DNA from: Sphingomonadales bacterium | GTDB lineage: Bacteria; Pseudomonadota; Alphaproteobacteria; Sphingomonadales; Sphingomonadaceae | Direction of reading: 5' to 3' | DNA length: 64,000 nucleotides | Assembly: GCA_038238915.1 (NCBI GenBank) | Contig: JBBSFH010000003.1 | Location: forward strand, 105,294-169,293 | Part shown: positions 54,210-62,600 of the stretch, in pieces | Position numbering within the stretch: the first letter of the stretch is position 1 | Layout: the number at the start of each line of letters is the position of its first letter | Position numbers and translations under genes: made by a program | Notes under the pieces: model-generated | Told to the model about the DNA's origin: nothing | The model's input: only the letters and a program-made list of their open reading frames with translations | Databases searched by the model: none

Positions 54210-56048
54210 CTAGTGACGTTGTGCGTTGCCGTTGCGCATTCCCATGCCCATTGCCGCGCCCGGGATCTCGTCCAGGAACTCGCGCGCGAACGCCGGGATC
54301 TGCACGGGTTGCGAGGTCATCACCGGAGACATTCGCGGCTGGCTCATCTCGTCCACACGGCTGTCCGACGTGGCGGTATCGGCGAGCCAGAGTTCGCACG
54401 CGTTGACGAGATCATAGTCGGACGGGTTTTTGGTCGCCTGGCTCGACAGCGTTGGCGCGGGCGAGCGCACGTCCATCATGTCGATCAGCACGCCCATCGG
54501 GCGCATGATCTTCACGATGTTGTTCGCCAGCCACGCGGTGATGATCGCGCCGCAGGTCGCGAGTACGCGGTAACGCGAACTGGTGCGCGCGCCGTGGAGG
54601 TCGCGCGTGGCGACCACGTCGATCACGCCCCACATGTCCTTGGCACCATGCGCGGCCTTGATCTCGGGATCGTCCAGGAGCGCGATCATCTGCTTGATCT
54701 CGCCCTGCAGTTCGAGCGCGGCGTAGTAAGTCATGCCAAAGCCGTGCAGCGACAGATTGGAGGCAAGATCGCGCGCCGCCTTGCGCATCTGCTGTGCTCC
54801 GGTTGCACTCGGCATCGCCGCGCGCAGCAGCTTGTCGACGTCCTGGTTGCGCACGAACTGCGAGACCGAGGAGACGAAGCGCAGCCACAGATCATTAAAA
54901 TCGGTATTGCCCTGGATCGCCGGATTCCCACCCGGCTGGCCCATCGTCATCGCGTAGAGATCGCGCCGCTCGGGCTCGCTCATGCGGTTGGGCGATTCCT
55001 TCCAGCGCTTGTAGAGGATTTGCCCGGCATTGCCCTTGCCGATCGCGAGCATGCCATTCTGGGCATTTTCGAGCAGCTTGTCGACGACCTGGAAGGCTTT
55101 TAGCTCATCGAGCATCGCCGCGCAGATCACCGGCCCCATCAGGCGCACATTGTCCGACACGATCTCGGTGTTCGAGACCGCGTCCAGATCGGGCAGATCG
55201 ATACCGATTTCGCTGGTGACGCCGTTGCCGGCAATGTTCTGGACCGTATCCAGCGCCTCGCTGACCTTGCGGCTGAGCTGCGGCGTGAACTGATCGACTT
55301 GCTTGAGCGCAAGCGCGCGCATCACCTTGGCGAACTCGGTCGCATCTACGTTCTGTGCGGGAGGGTGGGTGCCCTGTGTGTAGTTGGTACTGCCGTCCTG
55401 GTCATCGGCAATGGCACCGAGCTGGCCCAGAATGGCGAGCACGCGGCTGGATAGCGGCTTGTACGATTGTGCCTCGCCAACCGCCTTGAAGAAGGCCTTC
55501 CCCATAGCGGGCATCAGTGGGCTATCGGCGTCGGAGATCAGCGCGAAGTCGATGAACTGGTCTTGGGGCTGATCAGCCGGGTTAGGCGGCACATAGCCAA
55601 GACTGATTTTGACGGGGGGCGGCGTCACGCCGTCCAGCACCAGCAACCCGATTGTCAGCGCGCAGTCCACTGCGTTCGCTGTGTTGAGATTGCCCTTGAG
55701 GAGTTTGAGTGCGACGCCCGGCGGCTCGGAATCGAGCGATCCGACCGGATTGCCGAGTGTATCGTTCAACAGGCCGGTCCGGGCGTTGAACTGATCGCGC
55801 GCGGCAACAAACAGCGGATCGCAAAACTCGCCGCGTTGATCGTCGATGACGTCGAGCGTCAGCGCGATCCGGGCGCGTTCGGCCTTCTCCTCGATCGAAT
55901 AGAAAACCTGATCGGTCTCGCGGCCGACCCCCTGGCCGCCACGCGAGCGGGCAGAGCGATCGAGCTGGATCAATCGTTCGTTCAGCCGATGCCGTTCGGC
56001 AAGCTCGCGCTGGGCGATATCGCGGTACTGGATGGTGGTCACACTCAT
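54210..56048 (-). CDS. Unknown family 2, long member (612 aa)
   Basis: ATG at 56048, 8 nt after AAGGAG, inside ORF 54210..56393. Alternative ATGs at 56102 and 56099 overlap the S8 stop. The C-terminal half (LYKRWKESPNRMSEPERRDLYAMTMG, NTDFNDLWLRFVSSV, DDPEIKAAHGAKDMWGVI) is paralogous to 49645..50619. Confidence 0.7.
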   Translation of the reverse strand: MSVTTIQYRDIAQRELAERHRLNERLIQLDRSARSRGGQGVGRETDQVFYSIEEKAERARIALTLDVIDDQRGEFCDPLFVAARDQFNARTGLLNDTLGNPVGSLDSEPPGVALKLLKGNLNTANAVDCALTIGLLVLDGVTPPPVKISLGYVPPNPADQPQDQFIDFALISDADSPLMPAMGKAFFKAVGEAQSYKPLSSRVLAILGQLGAIADDQDGSTNYTQGTHPPAQNVDATEFAKVMRALALKQVDQFTPQLSRKVSEALDTVQNIAGNGVTSEIGIDLPDLDAVSNTEIVSDNVRLMGPVICAAMLDELKAFQVVDKLLENAQNGMLAIGKGNAGQILYKRWKESPNRMSEPERRDLYAMTMGQPGGNPAIQGNTDFNDLWLRFVSSVSQFVRNQDVDKLLRAAMPSATGAQQMRKAARDLASNLSLHGFGMTYYAALELQGEIKQMIALLDDPEIKAAHGAKDMWGVIDVVATRDLHGARTSSRYRVLATCGAIITAWLANNIVKIMRPMGVLIDMMDVRSPAPTLSSQATKNPSDYDLVNACELWLADTATSDSRVDEMSQPRMSPVMTSQPVQIPAFAREFLDEIPGAAMGMGMRNGNAQRH

Positions 56049-56098
56049 GGCTGGTCTCCTTTGCTCCGGTTGGCCTTTGCGTTTGCGTTGCGTGGCCA

Positions 56099-57529
56099 TC
56101 ATCCGTCCTCGGTTTCGGGTTGGTCGTGGTCGATGAAACGATCGACCGCAGCGAGCGCGGCGGCGGCATCGAGTACCCCCGCGCCGCAGCCGGGTGCCGG
56201 GCCGGGGAAGGTACGCGCGGACGCGGCTAGCAGGTGCTTGATCATGGGCGGATCGAGCGGGAAGGCGCGGCGTTCGGCGCGCGCGATCATCAGCGCGACC
56301 GTCGCGGTGACGAATGGCGCGGCAAAGCTGGTGCCCGTCGCGCGCTGATAGCCTTCGAGCGCAGCGGTGAAGACGCGCTCGCCCGGCGCGCACAGCGCCA
56401 CATGATCGCCGCGCGTCGAGAAGCCGGTAGGCCGCATGTCCGCGCCGACTGCGCCCACCGCGATCACCTGCGGGTAGGCGGCAGGCCAGTAGACGGTTTC
56501 CTTGCCGTTGTTGCCGCTCGCGGCGACGAAGGCGCAGCCGCGGTCCGCACCATAGGCGATCACGTCGGCGTGCGGCTTGGGGATATGCGCTCCGAGCTGC
56601 GCATCGTCTGTGCCGAAACTGAGGTTGAGCACGCGCGCGCCCAGATCGATCGCGAGCTTGGCGGCGGCATCAAGATCGGCGATCGCACCCATGCCGATCG
56701 CGCCCGCGCGCCCTGGCAGCCGGGCCGCGCCGAGCGCGCGCATCGGCAACAGCTGCGCCTCGCCCGCCATCCCCGGCGGCATATCGAGGCCGAGCGCGCC
56801 GATGATCGCCGCGCAGGCCGAGCCGTGGCCGACATAATGATCGACCGGCTCATGATCGGGATTGTTCCCGCTGCTAAGGATCTCGACACCTTGGGCGACA
56901 TCGCTCTGGCCAAGATTGACGGTATCATAGCCCTGGCGGAAGCGGCGCGCGAATTCGGGGTGGGTGGGTGCGACGCCGCTATCGACGATGCCCACGATCA
57001 CGGTGCTGTCGCCGGGTTCGTAGGCGAGCGCCTGCGGGCCACGGATCATCGCCCACGGCGCCCACATCTCCCCGTCGTCGACCGTTTCGACCGCGAAGGC
57101 CATGTCGAAAGGATTGGCGGCGACATAATTGGGGCTTGCCCACTCGACCGTGCTTACAGCCGAGAGCGCGTCGACCAGATTGCCGAGCGCGGTGGTGCGA
57201 TCGGTTTTGATGAGGAAGGTGCGCGCGAGGCCGCTCGTCTGTTCGGCGTCGGTATAGTGGCGGTTGCGGGAGCCCTTGCGGCCGATATTGGCGGCGGACG
57301 TATGCAGCCGCGCAATCGCAACCTCGCCGCCGTGCGCATGCAGGATGCGATCGATCGCGCCGCCGTCCATCGTGCGTGCCGCCGGAGCCGCGTGGTCGCG
57401 CACGTCGTTTCTCGCGGGGATCGCGGCAGGCGCTTCGCCGAGCGCCACCTTGAGTAGCAGCGAGCCGGGCAGGCAGTAGGCGCTCGATCCGGGCGGAACC
57501 CAGGGCGCGGCGAGGCGGCGCATCGTCAT
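56099..57529 (-). CDS. Subtilisin-like serine protease (S8 family) without an obvious signal peptide
   Basis: Catalytic contexts GIVDSGVAPTHPEF (Asp), HYVGHGSACAAIIGA (His), VAASGNNG (oxyanion Asn) and ATGTSFAAPFVTA (Ser). About 150 aa of N-terminal pro-region. ATGA overlap with the upstream gene. Confidence 0.85.
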   Translation of the reverse strand: MTMRRLAAPWVPPGSSAYCLPGSLLLKVALGEAPAAIPARNDVRDHAAPAARTMDGGAIDRILHAHGGEVAIARLHTSAANIGRKGSRNRHYTDAEQTSGLARTFLIKTDRTTALGNLVDALSAVSTVEWASPNYVAANPFDMAFAVETVDDGEMWAPWAMIRGPQALAYEPGDSTVIVGIVDSGVAPTHPEFARRFRQGYDTVNLGQSDVAQGVEILSSGNNPDHEPVDHYVGHGSACAAIIGALGLDMPPGMAGEAQLLPMRALGAARLPGRAGAIGMGAIADLDAAAKLAIDLGARVLNLSFGTDDAQLGAHIPKPHADVIAYGADRGCAFVAASGNNGKETVYWPAAYPQVIAVGAVGADMRPTGFSTRGDHVALCAPGERVFTAALEGYQRATGTSFAAPFVTATVALMIARAERRAFPLDPPMIKHLLAASARTFPGPAPGCGAGVLDAAAALAAVDRFIDHDQPETEDG

Positions 57530-58317
57530 GCGTGTGCTCCCGTGCCGTTGATTGCGCCGTTAGCCACCGGCGGCGGTGGCGCGAACGGGCGCAGATCAAA
57601 CGCCATCGAGGTGGCGACCATAGGCGCGGGCTCGACGCGAAGTTCACCCGCCCATTGATGCGGCGCGGGTGCGAGCAGCAGTTCGTCCGCGCTCGCCTTC
57701 ACCACCGCTACCGGCTCGCCGCCAAGCGTCACCGATGGCGGCCCCGCCTGCATGAGGTTGCGCCCGCGCACGCGCATCAGCGGCATGTCGCCCTCGCCGC
57801 CGGGGACGGGCACCACATGCTCCATCAGCGGCGCGGACGCGCGTTCGAGTGCCTTGCGCAGCCGATCGATGGGCAGGTTGGTCACGCGCCCGATCGCTGA
57901 ATCGCCGCCACGCGCCATGCTCTCCTTGAGCTTTGAGACGGTGCGCACGCCGACCCATTCGAGCTTGCGGCGATCCTCCTCGGACAACCCGTCGCCCAGT
58001 TCGTCGAGCGAGGTATCATGCGGACCGTCCGCAAACGCGACCGCGTTCTCCTCGATCATCGGCCGGGTGATCGCGGCGAACACGAGGTGGAACACGCTCG
58101 CCTGCACATCCGCCGCCCCGGCCGGGCGAATGCGGATTTCGCCCGCCGTAAACTCCACCTGCGCGCGCAGATCGAGCGTGATGTCCTTGATCGCGAAGGT
58201 GAGCGGCAGATTGAGGTTATGCGCCTTCACCGCCATCGCGGTCTGCGCCTTATCGAGCTGGCTTTGCACCGCCTGAATGAAGTTTTCGAGCGGGAGGGCG
58301 GCGGTGGCGGTGGTCAT
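57526..58317 (-). CDS. Hypothetical protein (263 aa): N-terminal helix + beta-hairpin domain, HhH-like middle, IPT/TIG-like C-terminus
   Basis: ATG at 58317 inside ORF 57526..58419, with an ATGA overlap onto the 75-aa ORF. PLENFIQAVQSQLDKAQTAMAVKAHNLNLPLTFAIKDITLDLRAQVEF; LEWVGVRTVSKLKE...LPIDRLRKAL; MRVRGRNLMQAGPPSVTLGGEPVAVVKASADELLLAP. Confidence 0.6.
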   Translation of the reverse strand: MTTATAALPLENFIQAVQSQLDKAQTAMAVKAHNLNLPLTFAIKDITLDLRAQVEFTAGEIRIRPAGAADVQASVFHLVFAAITRPMIEENAVAFADGPHDTSLDELGDGLSEEDRRKLEWVGVRTVSKLKESMARGGDSAIGRVTNLPIDRLRKALERASAPLMEHVVPVPGGEGDMPLMRVRGRNLMQAGPPSVTLGGEPVAVVKASADELLLAPAPHQWAGELRVEPAPMVATSMAFDLRPFAPPPPVANGAINGTGAHA

Positions 58318-58541
58318 GGCCGTGCCTCCCACGTGAGGTGGAGGCGCGAGGGGGGCGCATCGAACTGGGTTCGTGTGACGGTGCGCGGGAAATCGGCGAA
58401 CAGCGCGCCGCCGGTCCACGCGATTTCGATGGGGAGCTTCATTTCGATGCGGGTGACGCGCACGCCGACGCTACCGCCCGCGACCATTGCGCCCTCGGCC
58501 ACCTCCGCGATCATATCGCCCATTTGGCGCCGCGCGCTCAC
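58314..58541 (-). CDS. Small hypothetical protein (75 aa)
   Basis: MSARRQMGDMIAEVAEGAMVAGGSVGVRVTRIEMKLPIEIAWTGG... Coupled on both sides: its GTG start overlaps the stop of paralog D (GTGA) and its TGA stop overlaps the next ATG (ATGA). Confidence 0.5.
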   Translation of the reverse strand: MSARRQMGDMIAEVAEGAMVAGGSVGVRVTRIEMKLPIEIAWTGGALFADFPRTVTRTQFDAPPSRLHLTWEARP

Positions 58542-59677
58542 CGTGTTGCTCCAGCGGGTGCGGGCGGCGGGGCGGACGCGATCACGACCGGCGGGGGCAG
58601 CGTGGCGACGGCGCTTGGGGGTTGCGTTGGTGCAATCGGTGGCGTGGCAGCGCGCTGCGGTCCGCGCGCGTGGCGTTCGAGCTGGCCGCGCTTGGCATCG
58701 TCCACGAAACGATCGAGCGGCACGGTCTCGCTGGCGAAGTTGATCTTCACTTCGCCAAATAACTGCGCCTTGAGTTCGCTATCGGCCTGGACATTGACGC
58801 CCATGGTCGAAACCTTCGTCGTCGGAGCGTCGTAGGTGGTCGAGCCGCGCGCTCCCCACTGTGTCGCATTGCTTTGCGGATCCGAACCGGTCGCATAATC
58901 GAATTTCTTGTGATCGGCAGCAGACGCGCGGAAGCGGACGTTGGCGTTGATCGAGCCATCCTTGACCACAACGCGATTCATTCCGAGCAGCACCATCGTC
59001 GAGAGCGTCTGCAACCGCTGCTTCGCCACGGTCTCGCGCGCATGGGCGAGGATCTGCTGTTCGAGCACCTCCGAAGTCAGTTCCTGTCCTTCCAGGCCAT
59101 AATCTGCGAGCACGCGCGGTGCCTCCGCCTCCCCGTCCGGCCCGGCTGTCCTGGCGATCGGCACCAATGTTGGTGTGCCGCTTTCGTGGTTCAGCGCCAC
59201 GTCACGCGGATATTGTTCGACAAGATAGTCACGCGCCTGGTTCGGCGTGACATTCTCCTGCGTGAATTGTTCGAGCGGCTTGGCGACGGCTGCGACAAGG
59301 TCGGCGAAGCTCTCCATCTGGCGGATCGACGCGTCGACGATCGCGTCGAACGTGCCGTGGACCAGGCTGGCAACGAAGGCGGGGAAATCGACTTCATCGA
59401 CAAGGTTGCCCACGCGCCGCCCGAGCGCGTCGGTTGCGAGTTCGCGCTTGGCGGGCGGAGAGGCGGGCGCTGGCGTTTGCGACGCGCTATCGGCGGGCGG
59501 GCCCGCCGCGTCGGGAATCTCGCGCCCGAACGCATCGCGCGCGAGGCTGCGCACGAGCGGCGCACGGCCGTAACTCGGCGGTGGAGGAGGGGGGCGCAGA
59601 CCCGGCACGTGCAACCGATCAGGCGCTGACGTGGAGGGGATCGAGTTCCCATTCGTTGGTGCGGTCGTGACGCCCAT
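58538..59677 (-). CDS. Unknown family 1, paralog D (379 aa; start uncertain, overlaps the end of the upstream gene by 59 nt)
   Basis: Blocks DFPAFVASLVHGTFDAIVDASIRQMESFADLVAAVAKP, KQRLQTLSTMVLLGMNRVVVKDGSINANVRF and VKINFASETVPL. Pro-rich N- and C-termini. Confidence 0.7.
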   Translation of the reverse strand: MGVTTAPTNGNSIPSTSAPDRLHVPGLRPPPPPPSYGRAPLVRSLARDAFGREIPDAAGPPADSASQTPAPASPPAKRELATDALGRRVGNLVDEVDFPAFVASLVHGTFDAIVDASIRQMESFADLVAAVAKPLEQFTQENVTPNQARDYLVEQYPRDVALNHESGTPTLVPIARTAGPDGEAEAPRVLADYGLEGQELTSEVLEQQILAHARETVAKQRLQTLSTMVLLGMNRVVVKDGSINANVRFRASAADHKKFDYATGSDPQSNATQWGARGSTTYDAPTTKVSTMGVNVQADSELKAQLFGEVKINFASETVPLDRFVDDAKRGQLERHARGPQRAATPPIAPTQPPSAVATLPPPVVIASAPPPAPAGATR

Positions 59678-62600
59678 CGCCGTGCAGGATCACGCGAACC
59701 GCCGATCGATGCTCGGGCTGCGTGGCGTGGGTGAAACGATGGCGCAGTTCGACCGTCATCCCCGCAACCGTCTCGCTGTCCGGCCCGTCGAGGACTTCTC
59801 CCTCGACCGCAAGTGACCAGCCGTCGCTCAGCCCCGCATTCTCGGGCATCACGCGCACATCGCCGACCGTGCCGCCGCCATAATGCCACGCGATCTTGAC
59901 CGCGCCGAAGGTTCTGCCGTGCTCGTCGGGCATTCGGGGCCAGTCCGCGACGCTGATCATCCCGGACTGGATATCGGCGTTCATCATGACTTGCGTTCGA
60001 GGCGCGCGCATGCCGTCCAGCTGTTCGAGCGAGAAGGTTACCCCGTCGCGTGCGGTGGTTTCGGTGCGGCGCATCCCCAACGGCGGCGGCCCGACGTCCA
60101 GCCCGCGCGCGGCGGTGCGCGTGGGCGGGGGCGGGGCCATGCGGCGCGGCGCGTAGGATTGCGCGTAGCCCGCCGGAGGCGATCCCCGGTTGGGCTGACG
60201 GCCGCCGGTGTCGGGCGCGTACATGATTTGCAGGATATTGTCCTCGACGCGCGCTTGCCGCATCTCGTAATCGTTCATGAACTCCTCGAAGCGCATGATG
60301 TAGCGGCTGCCTGTCGTGTGTGTATCCAGGTAGCTGCCGGGCGCTTGCGGTGTTCCGACCACGCGGTCCCAAGGGTCGGCGACGCGAACATAGGCGTTGG
60401 TGCCGTCCGAATAGAGGCCGACCACCACAACCGCGTGACCGCTATCGAACCCCGTCTGCCCCGGTGCCATGAGTTTGGTGACCACCATCGGGCCGTGCGC
60501 TTCAACCAACTGGCGGAAGCCATCGACGTTGAAGCATTGCGGCGGCCCAACTTCGAGTCCTACCTGCTTGGCAAACCGCGCCCGGGCCGCAGCGAGCGGC
60601 GATTGCCCGTCGGTGAGCGAAATGGCGCACAGCCGCGCCAGCATGTCCTCGTCTACCGATACGCGGTCGCGCCATCCAACAACCATGGCGGTTGCAGCGC
60701 CGACGCAGGTCGTACCGGTATGCTGCGGAACCAGGTCCACATCGTCCCAGGTGACGCTGAACGCGCCCGAGTCCATCGCGCGCGCGGGGGTGGATTTCGC
60801 ATACGCCAGCAGATGCCCGAACAGCCCGCCCGAGGGCGCGGCCTTCAGGTGGCCGATGTAGCGCAGCTTGGAGAAGTCGAAGCGCAGATTGGCGATATCG
60901 TCGGGCGAGGCCCAGTTGGGCTGTTCCGACGTGAGCGGTTGTCCTGCGGCGCGATAGGCTTCGAGCACCAGTTCCGAACAGAAAAAGCTGTCGTTGGAAG
61001 CCGTGCCCATGTCGATTCGGCCCGCGAACGCGCGGCAGCGGTCGGACAGGCCGTTGGGAAGCGCCGAGCACAGGCGCTGATCGATCTGGAACAGCGCCTG
61101 GCGCGCGATGCCGATGTGGTTGTAATCCTGCCCGATGTGGGCGGCGGCGGCGTCGGCCACCTGCTGGCGCTGATCGCGCGTGAGGCCGGGCACCCGGAAC
61201 GCGACTGCGACCGTGGCCGAAGCGATCGCGTCGCCGAGAGGCACCATGCGCACGCCCTCGCCCACCGCTTCGATCACCTGCCCGCCCTGATCCACATACA
61301 GCATCACGTGGCTGACCTGCCCGCTGGTGGCGGCGCGGATCGCACGGCTGATCGTCGCGTCCGTAGTCGAAAGGATGATGTCGCCCACCTGGAGCGCGTT
61401 CATCCCGATCGACTGGCCGCCGACGCCCGGATCGAGCGGGATTTCCGCATCGAACAGGCGGGCGGTGCGCGGGGGGAGGCCAAGCGACTGGCCGGTGGGC
61501 AGCGATACGCGTTGCTGGATCATCTGCATGAAATGATCCCAGTCCCACGGCGCGGCGTTGGGACAGGATGTATGCGTGGTGTGCGCGTCCGCTTCCGAAT
61601 GGCCGATGATGTGCGTGCGATCGGTCGGGATCGAGTATTTGTCGCAGAGATAGCTGACCAGCGCGGCCGATTCGGCGTATTGGATATCGGTGGGCGGTAG
61701 CGCAGGCAGCGTGGTGCGCCCGTAGGTCGCGCCGCGCTGGTTCACGCAGACGTGCTCAATCCCGATACTGCGCGAATTGACCCCGTGTGCGTGCCACGCG
61801 ATGTCCAGTTCGCGCACGAACTGCACGATCTCGCCATCCTGGCCCACGAGGTAATGAGCGCTCGAGTTCGCGTCGGCGCGCGTGAAGTGGCCAACCGTGC
61901 TTCCGGTCGTGTTCGCGTCGGTGATGTGGATGACGACGCGATCGATCGTGCGGCCCGGCCGAGAGGTGAAGGCGGGCGAGGCCTCGAAGCGCGATGCGCG
62001 CGGGTAATCGGGCGTCGCGGCGAGCGCGCCTGACCATGCCTGCGTCTGCACGGACGGATCGCTCGCGGCGGGGCCCTCAATCCCCATCGTATCGGGATCG
62101 ACGTCCATCGCACTGGCGCGCGGCCCGCATTCTCCGAGCGCCGCCGCCATGCCGAGCGTGGTCGCGACCGAACGCTGGACCGAGACGTAGAAATCGACCG
62201 GCGAGAAGCCTGCGCCCACGCCCACCTGCGCGCTCACGCCCTGGAAATTGGCCTGGGTATCGAACAGCGCCGATGCGCCCGCCACGATCCCCTCGCCGCC
62301 CGAGATGGTCGCCGAATTGCTCCAGCCGCCGAACGCATCGATCGCGCCACGTATCACGGTGATTTGCACCGACGCATTGACCGACAACACGAAGCCGACA
62401 TCGAACTGCGCGCTGCCGTAGACGCCCAGGCTGTTGTCGGGACCGAAGATGATGCCAGCCCCCAAAGTGCCGCCCGCGCCCAATCCTGCGCCCACGGACG
62501 GCCCGAGGCCGATCGACACGGGCGTGCCCGCAGCAGCCGATGCGGTTGCGGCAAGGCGGAGTGCAGCGATCATCGGTGCGAGCGGGCCGGTCAGCACCAT

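Noticed and set aside
48259-61700. Long plus-strand track ORFs across the sigma-54 operon (48259..50271 670 aa; 52291..53223; 53175..55103 642 aa; 55467..56348; 56234..57457; 59883..61700 605 aa)
   Set aside because: All are Arg/Gly/Asp/His-rich shadow frames opposite minus-strand genes. Those minus-strand genes have conserved paralog blocks or catalytic motifs and coupled start/stop overlaps.
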